Part shown: positions 9,487-24,017 of the stretch, piece by piece
Numbering within the stretch: position 1 is the stretch's first letter
Layout: the number at the start of each line of letters is the position of its first letter
Origin: an uncultured Alphaproteobacteria bacterium
GTDB lineage: Bacteria; Pseudomonadota; Alphaproteobacteria; ATCC43930; CGMCC-115725
Assembly (NCBI GenBank): GCA_963746885.1
Contig: CAVVDM010000018.1
Location: forward strand, 16,489 to 80,488
DNA: 64,000 nucleotides
Reading direction: 5' to 3'
Notes under the pieces: generated by a model
Seen by the model: the letters and a program-made list of their open reading frames with translations, nothing else
Told to the model about the DNA's origin: nothing
Database searches by the model: none
Program-made: the position numbers and the translations under genes

Positions 9487-10366
9487 ATGGATTCGCTGCG
9501 CGGCAATAACGGGCCCCGCTACAAGCATTTGGCCGAGGAGGGGGCGCCCTACGAGACGCTCACCCTCGACCCGCTGACGCCGATCATCGGCGCCGAAGTG
9601 GGCGGCGTCGATCTGTCGCGGCCGCTCGGCAACCGGACGATCGACGAGATCCATCGCGCGCTTGCTGAGAATCTCGTCATCTTCTTCCGCGACCAGCACA
9701 TCAGCAAGGAGCAGCACCTCGCCTTCGGGCGGCTATTCGGCGACCTCCACATCCACCCGGCGGCGCCGCACGAGCCCGGGCATCCCGGAAATGATGGTCA
9801 TTTACGCCGACAAGGATTCCCCGCGCGCCAACGGCGAGGGCTGGCACTCGGATGTGTCGTGCGACGAAGAGCCGCCGATGGGCTCGATCCTCTACATCAA
9901 GGAGTGCCCGCCCAAGGGCGGCGACACGCTGTTTGCCAACATGTACGCCGCCTACGAGGCATTGTCGGAGCGCATGAAGGCGTATCTGGAGGGCCTCACC
10001 GCCTTCCACAGCGGCGACAACTACCGCGGCATGTACGCCAATTACGGCGTCGCCGACAAGCCGAGCTACCCGACCGCGACGCACCCGGTCGTGCGCACCC
10101 ATCCGGTGACCGGCAAGAAGGCGCTCTACGTCAATGCCGGCTTTACCCGGCGCATCAACGGCATCCCGCGTGACGAGAGCCAGGCCATCCTGAACTACCT
10201 CTATGAGCACATGGCGGATCCGCTGTTCCAGTGCCGCTTCCGCTGGCGCGAGAACTCGATCGCGTTCTGGGACAACCGCTGTGTCCAGCACCGCGCGATG
10301 TGGGACTATTGGCCGCACACCCGCTCCGGCAACCGCGTCACGGTCAAGGGCGACCGCCCGGTGTAA
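9487..10366 (+). pseudogene. TauD/TfdA family Fe(II)/2-oxoglutarate dioxygenase, one frame break at ~9784-9788
   Basis: The N-terminal part is in one frame (..IFFRDQHISKEQHLAFGRLFG..). The HxD block GWHSDVS and the C-terminal half are in the +1 frame. The span is 880 nt, which is 3n+1. Confidence 0.85.
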
Positions 10367-10414
10367 CGCGTGTGGAGACCCTCGCCGCCAGCGCCGGCGA
10401 GGGTCGTTTCCACC

Positions 10415-10732
10415 CTACTCCTGCATGACCTGCTGCTTGGCGCGCTCGGCGAAATGGTCGAGTTCGAACTGGACCTGTGCGGCGGTGGCGTTCTCGCCCT
10501 TGGCGGTGAGCTCGGCGACGATCTTTTCGACAATATGGGGGTCGCCGCCGTGAAACGCGGCGTCGACGATTTCCTTGGCATAGCCGTCGGCCGCCTCGCC
10601 GCTCAGCCCCAGGCGCTCGGCCGCCCACAACCCGAGCATCCGGTTGCGCCGCGCCTTGACCTTGAACTGCAGTTCCTGGTCGTGCTTGAACCGCGTCTCG
10701 AAATCCTTTTCGCGTTCGCCGAAGGTGTTCAT
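10415..10732 (-). CDS. DUF1476 protein, alphaproteobacterial F1-ATPase inhibitor zeta subunit family
   Basis: The 105-aa product MNTFGEREKDFETRFKHDQELQFKVKARRNRMLGLWAAERLG resembles the Paracoccus zeta subunit as I recall it. A GGGAG lies before ATG 10732. Confidence 0.75.
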   Translation of the reverse strand: MNTFGEREKDFETRFKHDQELQFKVKARRNRMLGLWAAERLGLSGEAADGYAKEIVDAAFHGGDPHIVEKIVAELTAKGENATAAQVQFELDHFAERAKQQVMQE

Positions 10733-10859
10733 GCTCCCGTCATCCTGTATGCGTGTGGCGCGTGCGTCCTGCCGCGACAATACCACAGGCTGCCGCCGTG
10801 TGGGCGTGGACGTGCCAGGCGGACACCTGGTGGGCGGGGATATGGGGGTGAGAACCTGA

Positions 10860-11612
10860 ATGTGCACCCTCGCCATCCTGCGCCGGCCTGATCACGATTG
10901 GCCCATCGTGATCGGCGCCAACCGCGACGAGATGATCGACCGGCCGGCATTGCCGCCCGACCGGCATTGGCCCGACCGCCCCGAAATCGTCGCCGGTCTC
11001 GACCTGTTGGCCGGCGGATCGTGGCTCGGCCTCAACGACTGGGGCGTCGCCGCGGCGATCCTCAACCGGCAGGGCTCGCTGGGTCCGGCTGCGGGGCTGC
11101 GTTCGCGCGGCGAGCTTGTGCTTGAAGCGCTCGATCACGCCGATGCGGTCGACGCGGCCGCGGCGCTGACCCATCTCGATCCCGCCGCCTACCGCAGCTT
11201 CAACCTGATCGTCGCCGACAATCGTGACGCGTTCTGGCTGCGCCACGCCGGCACCGGACAGATCGAAGCGCACCCGATCAAGGAGGGGCTGTCGCTGATC
11301 GCCGCCCACGACCTCGACGAACTGGCGACGCCGCGCCTTGCGCTGGCCCGGCCGCGTTTCGCCGCCGCACCGCCGCCCGATCCCGACCGCGACGACTGGT
11401 CCGCTTGGCAGGGCCTGCTCGGCGACGACAGCGACCCGCCGGGGATGCCCCCCGAAGCAGCGCTGCGCTTCCGCACGCCGCGCGGCTATGGCACGGTGTC
11501 GAGCGCCCTGATCGCGCTGCCGGCGCGGCCCGCACCCGAGCGGCCGGCGGCGTTCCGCTACGCCGGCTGGCTGCCGGAGCCCTCGCCCTGGCGCAAGGTA
11601 GACGTGATTTAA
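10860..11612 (+). CDS. NRDE family protein (DUF833)
   Basis: The N-terminus is MCTLAIL and the protein carries the GANRDE motif. Confidence 0.8.
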   Translation: MCTLAILRRPDHDWPIVIGANRDEMIDRPALPPDRHWPDRPEIVAGLDLLAGGSWLGLNDWGVAAAILNRQGSLGPAAGLRSRGELVLEALDHADAVDAAAALTHLDPAAYRSFNLIVADNRDAFWLRHAGTGQIEAHPIKEGLSLIAAHDLDELATPRLALARPRFAAAPPPDPDRDDWSAWQGLLGDDSDPPGMPPEAALRFRTPRGYGTVSSALIALPARPAPERPAAFRYAGWLPEPSPWRKVDVI

Positions 11613-11680
11613 GCGATATTGTTCGCACCCGGCACGACCACCATATTGGCGACTGTTTCCGCGGCTTTGATTGAAACGCT

Positions 11681-12446
11681 ATGTCACGACGCCGACAGAT
11701 TTACGAAGGTAAAACAAAGGTGCTGTATCGAGGGACCGGAGCCCGGCACCCTCGTCCAGCATTTCAAGGACGACATGACCACCTTCGACGCGAAGAAACG
11801 CTGCGTCGTCGTCGGCAAGGGCGTCTTCAACAACCGGATCAGCGAGTTCCTGATGCTCAAGCTGGCCCAGATCGGCATCCCGACCCACCTGGTACGCCGG
11901 CTCAACATGCGCGAGCAGCTGGTGCGCGAGCTCGAGATGATCCCGCTCGAGGTGAAAGTCTGCAATATCGCCGCCGCGACGCTGGCGCGGCGCTTCGGCC
12001 TTCCCGAAGGCACCGTTCTGCCGCGCTCGATTATCGAGTATCAGTATAAGAGCGAAAAGCTCGGCGACCCGCTGGTCTCCGAGGAGCACATCACCGCCTT
12101 CGGCTGGGCCAGCACGACCGAGCTCGACGAGATCGGGCACATCGCTCTGCGCATCAACGACTTCCTGACCGGCCTGTTTCTCGGCATCAACATCAAGCTG
12201 ATCGACTTACGCCTGGAATTCGGCCGGCTCTACACCGACGAGGAGGTGCGCATCGTCGTCGCCGACGAGATCAGCCCGGACAATTGCCGGCTGTGGGATG
12301 CGCGCACCGACGAAAGGATGGACAGGGACCGCTTCCGCCTCGGTCTCGGTAGTGTCGAGCAAGGTTATCAGGAGGTGGCGCGGCGCCTCGGCATCCTGCC
12401 CGAGGGCGGGCCGGGCGATGTCAAGGCATCCGAGGCGTTGCAGTAG
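11681..12446 (+). pseudogene. purC: SAICAR synthase, one frame break at ~11729
   Basis: [16 protein letters not shown] is in one frame, then [15 protein letters not shown]... follows in the +1 frame. Deleting the c at ~11729 restores KVLYEGPEPG. The span is 766 nt, which is 3n+1. Confidence 0.9.
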
Positions 12447-12456
12447 GCGGCCAGCG

Positions 12457-12696
12457 ATGAAGGCACGCATTCATGTCAGCCTGAAGTCCGGGGTGCTCGA
12501 TCCGCAGGGCAAGGCGATCGGCAACGCGCTGAAGGGGCTGGGGTTCGCCGGGGTCGGCGAGGTTCGCCAGGGCAAGCTGATCGAGATCGACCTCGCCGAC
12601 GCCGACCCGGCCACGGCGCGCGCCCGCGTCGAGGATATGTGCCGGCAACTGCTTGCCAACCCGGTGATCGAGAATTACACGATCGAGATCGGCTGA
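12457..12696 (+). CDS. purS: Phosphoribosylformylglycinamidine synthase subunit PurS
   Basis: The 79-aa product is MKARIHVSLKSGVLDPQGKAIGNALKGLGF.... Confidence 0.9.
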   Translation: MKARIHVSLKSGVLDPQGKAIGNALKGLGFAGVGEVRQGKLIEIDLADADPATARARVEDMCRQLLANPVIENYTIEIG

Positions 12697-12714
12697 ACCG
12701 CACCACGCCCGTCG

Positions 12715-13176
12715 ATGTTGGGGATTGCCACCCTCCTCCCGCTCCTCGCCGCTTCTTTTCTGGCGCCGGCACCGCCGCCGCAGCATTGCGTGCCGGCAGA
12801 GGTCGTCCTGTGGGGCGACGGCCAGCATGACGACACGCGGGCGCTCAACGCCTGGTTGCGCGGCACCGACGCGATCTGGGGGACGAGCGGCCAGCCGGTC
12901 GGCGCGGCGATTGCCGGGCATGAATTTCGTCTCTCGGCGGCGATCTACGTCACCGGCGGGACCGGCCGCAAACTGATGGATTTCCGGATGATGTGGCCTG
13001 GGCGCGGCGAAACCGTGACGGGAGGCACAATAGCGGCCGGTGCCGATCCCGCACAACCGCCGGTCACCTCCGGCATCCGCATCGTCGGCGGCGACCCCGG
13101 CGAGGGCAAAGCTTTCGACATCCCCGATCCGGAACCGGCAAAGCCGGACGCCGAGGCGAGTTGCGCAACTTCCTGA
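12715..13176 (+). CDS. Hypothetical secreted protein inserted between purS and purQ
   Basis: A signal-like N-terminus MLGIATLLPLLAASFLAPA is present. The GDGQHDDTRALNAWL block is reminiscent of the N-terminal motif of pectate-lyase-fold proteins. I recognise no family for the whole protein. Confidence 0.5.
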   Translation: MLGIATLLPLLAASFLAPAPPPQHCVPAEVVLWGDGQHDDTRALNAWLRGTDAIWGTSGQPVGAAIAGHEFRLSAAIYVTGGTGRKLMDFRMMWPGRGETVTGGTIAAGADPAQPPVTSGIRIVGGDPGEGKAFDIPDPEPAKPDAEASCATS

Positions 13177-13290
13177 CCGTTTCGAGCTCCCGCGTTACCA
13201 ATTCGTTAAATTAACCATCAATTTTATGGAATTGCCGCCCCGCTGATGGCGAACTGCCATACAATCAAATCAGGCAAGGGTGGATCATCG

Positions 13291-13470
13291 ATGCTGGATG
13301 CAATGGTGCTGCGCAGCGCGCTCAGGGCGTTCTCGACGATGTTCGGGAGCCTCGGGGTCTTCTTCACTTATCTGAGCTTTCGCCATCCGGCTCCGGCGGT
13401 GTACGCAGTCGTGTTCATCGCCACCGCGATGGCGATTTTGTGGTCCGACCCGCAAGCCCAAAAAAAGTAA
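13291..13470 (+). CDS. Possible small two-helix membrane protein
   Basis: ATG 13291 follows GGTGGA. Two hydrophobic stretches are present (FGSLGVFFTYL and VYAVVFIATAMAILW). The region has locally lower GC. An alternative start is at 13246. Confidence 0.3.
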   Translation: MLDAMVLRSALRAFSTMFGSLGVFFTYLSFRHPAPAVYAVVFIATAMAILWSDPQAQKK

Positions 13471-13564
13471 TAGACACCCGCGGCCCGCGGCGCTGCTTGG
13501 ACGCTTGAACGGAACCGTGGCGCAGCGTATGTGACGCTTGTCGCGTCACCGCACCCGGCCCTTG

Positions 13565-14254
13565 ATGCACGCCGCCATCATCATCTTCCCCGGCTCCAAC
13601 CGCGAGCACGATGTCGCGCTCGCTTGGCGCCGCGCGACCGGCCATGAGGCCGCCCGCATCTGGCATCGCGATGCCAGCCTGCCCGAAACCGACCTGATCA
13701 TCCTGCCCGGCGGCTTTGCCTATGGCGACTATCTGCGTTGCGGCGCGATGGCGGCGCACTCGCCGATCATGCGCGAAGTAAAGGCGCGCGCCGCCCGCGG
13801 CACGCCGGTGCTCGGCATCTGCAACGGCTTCCAGATCCTGACCGAGGCCGGCCTGTTGCCCGGCGCGCTCTTGCCCAATCGCTCGCTCTGCTTTCACCTG
13901 CAAGGACATCCATCTGCGGGTCGAGAACAACCAGACGATCTTCACCTGCGGCTATTCGGCCGGCCAGACGATCCGGGTGCCGGTGGCGCATCACGACGGC
14001 AGCTACACCGCCGACCCCGAGACGCTCGATCGGCTGGAAGACCGCGGCCTTGTCGCGTTCCGCTATTGCGGACCGTCGGGAGCGCTCAGCGAGGAAGACA
14101 ATTTCAACGGCTCGGCCCGCGCCATCGCCGGCGTATTCAACGACAGCCGCACCGTGCTCGGGCTGATGCCGCATCCCGAGAACGCCACCGACCCGCTGCT
14201 TGGGCGGCACCGACGGGCAAGGCGTTGTTCGCCGGCCTGGTCAGGCGCCTTGCA

Positions 14255-14258
<4 letters not shown>
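13565..14258 (+). pseudogene. purQ: FGAM synthase glutaminase subunit PurQ, about four frame breaks as assembled
   Basis: Conserved blocks [29 protein letters not shown] and GICNGFQIL are present. Breaks lie at TTT 13892-94, GGG 14202-04 and GGG 14215-17. One more break is needed before TGA 14256-58. The span is 694 nt, which is 3n+1. Confidence 0.9.
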
Positions 14259-16461
<2,203 letters not shown>

Positions 16462-16490
16462 CCCCAGGCCAGATTGTGGAGGCGCGGTCG

Positions 16491-16727
16491 ATGGCGATGG
16501 ACGCGGCGACGATCGAGCAGCTGATCAAACAGAGCCTGCCGGATGCGCAGGTCTCGATCGAGGATCTGCGCGGCGACGGCGACCACTACGCCGCCCATGT
16601 CGTGTCGAGCGCGTTCCGCGGCAAAACCCGCATCCAGCAGCATCAGCTGGTCTATCAGGCGTTGCGCGGCCGCATGGGCAACGAATTGCACGCCCTCGCC
16701 CTGCAGACCGGCACTCCCGAGGATTAG
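16491..16727 (+). CDS. bolA: BolA family protein
   Basis: The 78-aa product contains ...[30 protein letters not shown].... A GGAGG lies 9 nt upstream of the ATG. Confidence 0.85.
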   Translation: MAMDAATIEQLIKQSLPDAQVSIEDLRGDGDHYAAHVVSSAFRGKTRIQQHQLVYQALRGRMGNELHALALQTGTPED

Positions 16728-16786
16728 CCCCCACCCCAGCGACCCGCGCGGCCCGAGCCGCGTTATCGGCAAACGAGGACCGACAG

Positions 16787-17119
16787 ATGGACAGCACGGT
16801 ACAAGAGCGCATCCGCCAGCAGATCACCGACTCCCCGGTCGTGCTGTTCATGAAAGGCACGCCGGTCTTTCCGCAATGCGGCTTCTCGGCCGCGGTGGTG
16901 CAGATCCTCAGCCATATGGGGGTCAAATTCAAAGGCGTCGACGTGCTCGCCGACCCGTCGGTGCGCCAGGGCATCAAGGAATTCTCGAACTGGCCGACCG
17001 TGCCGCAGCTCTACATCCAGGGCGAGTTCATCGGCGGCTGCGACATCATTCGCGAGATGTTCGAAACCGGCGAACTGAAGCAGTATCTCGAGGAAAAAGG
17101 CGTCCCGGTCCGCGCCTGA
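16787..17119 (+). CDS. grxD: Monothiol glutaredoxin Grx4 family
   Basis: The CGFS active site (PQCGFS) is present, followed by [19 protein letters not shown]. Confidence 0.9.
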   Translation: MDSTVQERIRQQITDSPVVLFMKGTPVFPQCGFSAAVVQILSHMGVKFKGVDVLADPSVRQGIKEFSNWPTVPQLYIQGEFIGGCDIIREMFETGELKQYLEEKGVPVRA

Positions 17120-17135
17120 CCCTCGCCGCCTTTGC

Positions 17136-17157
17136 GATGCCCGCAAGTGCGGGCGTC
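17136..17157 (+). terminator. Hairpin downstream of grxD (weak intrinsic-terminator candidate)
   Basis: GCCCGC-AAGT-GCGGGC forms a stem at 17139-17154. No U-tract follows it. Confidence 0.3.
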
Positions 17158-17336
17158 GGCGCGGGGAATTTCCGGCTCTGCGCGAACCGTTGCGTCGGCG
17201 ATCGCGATCTGTATAGTGCGCGGCTCCCCTTGCCGGCGCCGGGCACTGTGCTCGCGCCGGCTACGGCCCGGCTGGCCTCCCGTTGACGCAAGTCATCGGC
17301 GCTCCGGGTCGCGACAGCCACAAGGGACGATCCGCC

Positions 17337-17816
17337 ATGCCGCTTTACGAAAACGTGTTCATCGCGCGCCAGGATATTTCCGGCGTCCAGGTCGATGCCT
17401 TGGCCGACGCCTTCACCCAGCTCATCACCGAGCAGGGCGGCGAGGTCAAGAAGCGCGAGTACTGGGGCCTGCGCAACCTTGCCTATCGCATGAACAAAAA
17501 CCGCAAGGGCCATTACATCCTGCTCAACATCGACGCGCCGGCGCCGGCGATCTCCGAACTCGAGCGCACGATGCGGATCAATGAGGACGTGCTGCGCTAC
17601 CTGACCCTGCGCGTCGACGCGCATGAGGAGGGGCCCTCGCCGGTCATGCTGAGCCGCGGCAGCCGCGAAGACCGGCCGCGCCGGAGCGACCGAGATCGCT
17701 ATGGTGAGGGGCGGTATGGCGAAGGCCGCGACGGCGGCGATCGCGACCGCGAGCGGCCGGCGACGGTCGAAACGCCGGCTCCGGCCGCCGAGTCGGCCGA
17801 GACGGTGGAGGCTTAG
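17337..17816 (+). CDS. rpsF: 30S ribosomal protein S6
   Basis: The N-terminus is [13 protein letters not shown]...[21 protein letters not shown]. There is a charged C-terminal extension. Confidence 0.9.
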   Translation: MPLYENVFIARQDISGVQVDALADAFTQLITEQGGEVKKREYWGLRNLAYRMNKNRKGHYILLNIDAPAPAISELERTMRINEDVLRYLTLRVDAHEEGPSPVMLSRGSREDRPRRSDRDRYGEGRYGEGRDGGDRDRERPATVETPAPAAESAETVEA

Positions 17817-18113
17817 ATGGAAGGCCAGACCGGATCCGGAGCGGGCCGGGGAGATCGCGGCGACCGGGGAGAGCGCGGCGCGGCGGCTGCCCGCCGGCCG
17901 TTCTTTCGGCGGCGCAAATCCTGCCCGTTCTCCGGCCCCAATGCGCCGAAGATCGATTACAAGGACATTCGGCTGTTGCAGCGCTTCGTATCCGAGCGCG
18001 GCAAGATCGTGCCGAGCCGCATCACCGCAGTATCGACCCACAAGCAGCGCGAATTGGCGCGGGCGATCAAGCGGGCGCGCTTTCTCGGCCTGCTACCCTA
18101 CATGGTGAAGTAG
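17817..18113 (+). CDS. rpsR: 30S ribosomal protein S18
   Basis: The conserved core is ...[50 protein letters not shown]. Confidence 0.9.
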   Translation: MEGQTGSGAGRGDRGDRGERGAAAARRPFFRRRKSCPFSGPNAPKIDYKDIRLLQRFVSERGKIVPSRITAVSTHKQRELARAIKRARFLGLLPYMVK

Positions 18114-18158
18114 GCCCCCCGACAACCGCCCGAGCAACCGGATCGCCCGCGTCCAGCC

Positions 18159-19094
18159 ATGGGCCGGCTTGCAACCACCGCAATCGGCGTCGGATTGGGC
18201 GGGCTCGGAGGCTGCTTCTACCTCGCCCTGACGGTCGGCACTCCCGGCGCGCTGGTCCTTGTTTATCTGACCCAGCTGCCGTTGTTCGTCGCGGGGCTAT
18301 GGCTTGGAACCGGCACGGCGGCGCTGGCCGGCCTGACCGGCGTTGCGGTGCTGCTTGCGGCGAGCGACCTGATCGGCGCGGCGCTGTTTGCTGCCCTCGA
18401 TGCCGCGCCGGTCCTGCTGCTCGTCCGTCAGGCACTGCTGGCGCGGCCGCGCGCCGACGGCAGCATCGCGTGGTATCCGCCGGGACTGCTGACGGCGTGG
18501 CTGGCGGGATTCGCCTTGTGCGGGATCGCGGTGGCGCTGCTGCTGCTCGGCGGTCCGGAGGGGCTGCAGGCGGCGCTGCGCACCCTGGTCGGTGAGGTGC
18601 TCGATCGCGTGTCGCGGCGGCCGGTGCCCAACCGCGCCGAGGTCGCCGAGGCACTGGCGATGATCATTCCCGGCGTCGTCGCGGCCTCGTGGATGATCAC
18701 CTCGGTCGGCAACGCCGCACTGGCGCAGGGGATCCTCGCCCGTTTCGGGGCAAACTGGCGCCCGACGCCGGATCTGGCCCGGCTCGGCCTGCCGATGTGG
18801 CTGCCCGCGGCGCTCGGGCTCGCCGCCGCGGCGACGATCTTCGCCGGGGCGCCGCGCTTTGTCGGGATCAACCTGCTGATTGCGCTGTCGGTGCCGTTCG
18901 GCCTGGCCGGTCTCGCCGTCTTGCACGCGGCGGTGCGGCGCCTGTCGAATCCGGCGATGGCGCTGGTGTTTTTCTATACGATGGCCGTGCTGTTCGGCTG
19001 GCCGTTTCTGGTGATCGCGGTTCTGGGGCTGCTGGAGAGCTGGCTCGGGCTGCGGCGCCGTCTCGCACCTGAGGGAGTCGATTTCGATGGTTGA
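18159..19094 (+). CDS. DUF2232-type polytopic membrane protein
   Basis: It has multiple hydrophobic helices. It occupies the conserved alphaproteobacterial position between rpsR and rplI and overlaps rplI by 8 nt. Confidence 0.7.
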   Translation: MGRLATTAIGVGLGGLGGCFYLALTVGTPGALVLVYLTQLPLFVAGLWLGTGTAALAGLTGVAVLLAASDLIGAALFAALDAAPVLLLVRQALLARPRADGSIAWYPPGLLTAWLAGFALCGIAVALLLLGGPEGLQAALRTLVGEVLDRVSRRPVPNRAEVAEALAMIIPGVVAASWMITSVGNAALAQGILARFGANWRPTPDLARLGLPMWLPAALGLAAAATIFAGAPRFVGINLLIALSVPFGLAGLAVLHAAVRRLSNPAMALVFFYTMAVLFGWPFLVIAVLGLLESWLGLRRRLAPEGVDFDG

Positions 19095-19662
19095 TGTCAT
19101 CCTGCTCGAGCGCGTCGAAAAGCTCGGCCAGATGGGCCAGATCGTCAAGGTGAAGCCCGGCTTTGCCCGCAACTACCTGCTGCCGCAGAAAAAAGCGCTG
19201 CGCGCGACGAAGGACAACATGGCCTATTTCGAGACGCAGCGCGTCCAGCTCGAGGCCACCAACCTCGAGCGCAAGGCCGAGGCCGGCGAGGTCGGCGCCA
19301 AGCTCGAGGGACTGGCCGTCGTGCTGATCCGCCAAGCCGGCGAGAGCGGCCAACTCTACGGCTCGGTCGCCGCCCGCGACATCGCCGAGGCGGTGACGAA
19401 GGCCGGCTTCACCGTCGACAAGCACCAGATCGTGCTCGACCGCCCGATCAAAACCCTCGGCCTCCACCCGATCCGGGTCATGCTGCACCCCGAGGTCGGG
19501 GTCATGGTCACCGCCAACGTCGCCCAGTCCGAGGAAGGGGCGCGGATGCAGGCGACCGGCATCAACCCGGCGCAAGAGCGCGAGGAGGAAGAGGAAGCCG
19601 CCCGCGCCGAGGCGCAATCGGCATGGGCGCAAGCCCAGGCCGATGCCGAGCATTCGGCATAG
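19087..19662 (+). CDS. rplI: 50S ribosomal protein L9
   Basis: The N-terminus is [37 protein letters not shown]. Confidence 0.9.
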   Translation: MVDVILLERVEKLGQMGQIVKVKPGFARNYLLPQKKALRATKDNMAYFETQRVQLEATNLERKAEAGEVGAKLEGLAVVLIRQAGESGQLYGSVAARDIAEAVTKAGFTVDKHQIVLDRPIKTLGLHPIRVMLHPEVGVMVTANVAQSEEGARMQATGINPAQEREEEEEAARAEAQSAWAQAQADAEHSA

Positions 19663-19744
19663 GCAGGAAAAGGACCAGCGATGAGCGGCGCAGCCCAAGC
19701 CGGAAGGTCAGGGCTGAGCTGTGCTGCCCCTCGCCGCGCGGCGC

Positions 19745-19774
19745 TTGACGGCTGCGTGACAACCTGCCGATAAT
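19745..19774 (+). promoter_or_regulatory. Candidate sigma70-type promoter for the thiC leader
   Basis: TTGACG (19745-50) and GATAAT (19769-74) are separated by 18 nt. They lie just upstream of the riboswitch. Confidence 0.3.
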
Positions 19775-19777
19775 CTG

Positions 19778-21816
<2,039 letters not shown>

Positions 21817-21828
<12 letters not shown>

Positions 21829-22332
21829 TCGGAGGGGTCCGGCGGCGCCACCGCCAGCGCCGCCGACCTCGCCGCCCGGCGAGCGGAGCGGCGCTACCCC
21901 GACCGGCCGATCGTCGCGGCACTCGCGGTCGTCATACGCGGGGTGGGATCAGAGGCCCGGGCGCTGATCGTGCAGCGCGCGCGGCAGCCTAACGCAGGGC
22001 GCTGGGGCTTCCCGGGCGGCGTCCTCGAACTCGGCGAGACCGTCGCCGAGGGGGCGATGCGCGAATTAAAGGAAGAAACCGGCGTCGACGCTGAACCTGC
22101 CGGCATCCTCAACGTTAACGACGCGATCCACCGTGACGGCGAGGGACGCGTGCAATTCCACTATACCTTGATCGCGGTGCGCGGCGTCTGGCGCGCCGGC
22201 GAGGGCGAGGCGGCCGACGACGCCGCCGCGGTCGCCTGGGTCAGCCGCGCCGACATCGTCGCCGGACACTACCCGACCTTCCCGACCCTGCTGCCGTTGT
22301 TCGACCTCGCGCTGGGGAAAATCCGATGTTGA
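21817..22332 (+). CDS. NUDIX hydrolase
   Basis: The Nudix box GGVLELGETVAEGAMRELKEETGV is present. The start is GTG. Confidence 0.8.
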
Positions 22333-22847
22333 AGGGCTTTGTGCTCGGTCTTTTGGCGTCTGTCGTTATCGCCCTTGGGGGCGGCTACCTTGTGCTGCGC
22401 AGCGGCCTGATCCCGGCCAACGCCGATGCCCGGCCCGGCCCGCTCGAGACCTGGGCGGCCGGCACATCGCTCGATGCGACCCTGGCGCGCGACGCTCCGA
22501 AGGGCCCCAATCCGGTCGCGCTGACCGACGCCAACCTGATCGCCGGCATCGGGCTCTTCGGTCGGCATTGCGCGATCTGCCACGGCACGGCGAAGGGCGA
22601 CGCGTCGGCCTCGCCAGTGGCAAAGGGCGAATATCCGGCGCCGCCGCAGCTCGCGACCGATGGGGTCGAGGACGACCCCGAGGGCATCACATTCTGGAAG
22701 GTCGAGCACGGCATTCGCTGGACCGGCATGCCGTCCTGGAAAAATGCGCTCAGCGACCAGCAGATCTGGACGCTTGCCCTGTTCCTGAAGCATATGGACA
22801 AGCTGCCGCCCGACGCCGAAAAAGCCTGGGAGAAGGTCGGCAATTAA
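22326..22847 (+). CDS. Membrane-anchored c-type cytochrome
   Basis: There is an N-terminal TM helix and a single CAICH haem-binding motif. The gene overlaps the NUDIX stop. Confidence 0.75.
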   Translation: MLKGFVLGLLASVVIALGGGYLVLRSGLIPANADARPGPLETWAAGTSLDATLARDAPKGPNPVALTDANLIAGIGLFGRHCAICHGTAKGDASASPVAKGEYPAPPQLATDGVEDDPEGITFWKVEHGIRWTGMPSWKNALSDQQIWTLALFLKHMDKLPPDAEKAWEKVGN

Positions 22848-22912
22848 CCGGGGCGCCCGGGTCGGCCGGGGGCGCCTCGCCGTCAGCCCCCGAGAGACCG
22901 GATAGCAATCTT

Positions 22913-24013
22913 ATGAGCCTCTTGTTCACCCCGATCACGCTCGGCGGCCTGACCCTGGCCAACCGCATCGCGGTGTCGCCGATGTGCCAATACAGCGCCG
23001 TCGACGGCTCGGCGACCGACTGGCACGTGCAGCATCTCGGCTCGCTGTCATTGTCCGGCGCCGGGCTTGTGATCGCCGAGGCGACAGCGGTCGAGCCGGC
23101 CGGCCGCATTACCCCCGGCTGCCTCGGCCTCTATTGCGACGCCAACGAGGCCGCGCTCGAGCGGGTCGTGGCGACCTGCCGCCGCTGGGGCAGCGCGCGG
23201 CTCGGCATTCAACTGGCGCATGCCGGGCGCAAGGCGTCATCGCAGGTGCCCTGGCTCGGCGGCAAGCCGCTCGCCGCGGCGGAAGGCGCCTGGCCGCGGG
23301 TCGGCGCCTCGGCGATCCCGTTCGATGCAGGGTGCCCGGCGCCCGAGCCGCTCGACGAGGCCGGCCTCGCGCGGGTGCGCGACGCCTTTGCCGCCGCCGC
23401 CCGGCGGGCCGACCGATTGGGCTTCGATCTGGTCGAATTGCACGGCGCGCACGGCTATCTGCTGCACAGCTTCCAGTCGCCGATCGCCAACCGCCGCACC
23501 GATGCCTACGGCGGTAGCCCGGAAAACCGCATGCGCTTCCCGCTAGAGGTCGCGGCCGCGGTGCGCGCGGTGTGGCCGCGCCAGAAGGCGCTCGGCATGC
23601 GCATCACCGGCTCCGACTGGATCGCGGGCGGGCTGACTAGCGCCGACGCCGTCGCCTTCGCACGCGAACTCGAGCGGATCGGCTTCGACTATGTCTGCGT
23701 GTCGAGCGGCGGCATCAGCCCCGACGCGCGCGTCACGGTCGGGCCGGGCTATCAGGTGCCGTTCGCCACAGCGGTCAAGGCGGGCAGCGGCATTGCGGTG
23801 CAGGCGGTCGGCATGATCGTGCAGCCGCGCCAGGCCGAGGCGATCGTCGCCGAGGGGCAGGCCGATTGCGTCGCACTCGCTCGCGGCTTTCTCGACGACC
23901 CGCGCTGGGCCTGGCATGCCGCCGACGCGCTCGGCGCCGAGGCGCCCTGCCCGCCGCAATACGTCCGCAGCCGCCCGGGGCTGTGGCCCGGCGCCGCGCT
24001 GGCGCGCTCCTAG
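22913..24013 (+). CDS. NADH:flavin oxidoreductase, Old Yellow Enzyme family
   Basis: Typical OYE blocks are present: MSLLFTPITLGGLTLANRIAVSPMCQY, GFDLVELHGAHGYLLHSFQSPIANRRTDAYGGS and RGFLDDPRW. Confidence 0.85.
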   Translation: MSLLFTPITLGGLTLANRIAVSPMCQYSAVDGSATDWHVQHLGSLSLSGAGLVIAEATAVEPAGRITPGCLGLYCDANEAALERVVATCRRWGSARLGIQLAHAGRKASSQVPWLGGKPLAAAEGAWPRVGASAIPFDAGCPAPEPLDEAGLARVRDAFAAAARRADRLGFDLVELHGAHGYLLHSFQSPIANRRTDAYGGSPENRMRFPLEVAAAVRAVWPRQKALGMRITGSDWIAGGLTSADAVAFARELERIGFDYVCVSSGGISPDARVTVGPGYQVPFATAVKAGSGIAVQAVGMIVQPRQAEAIVAEGQADCVALARGFLDDPRWAWHAADALGAEAPCPPQYVRSRPGLWPGAALARS

Positions 24014-24017
24014 GGTC

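Noticed and set aside
7650-9509. 619-aa ORF suggesting a much longer PurB with an N-terminal extension.
   Set aside because: The extension overlaps rluA in another frame and is Arg/Pro/Gly-rich. PurB homology begins at MIPRYSRPQM (ATG 8169), and the 3' tail of this ORF beyond ~9208 is out-of-frame read-through.
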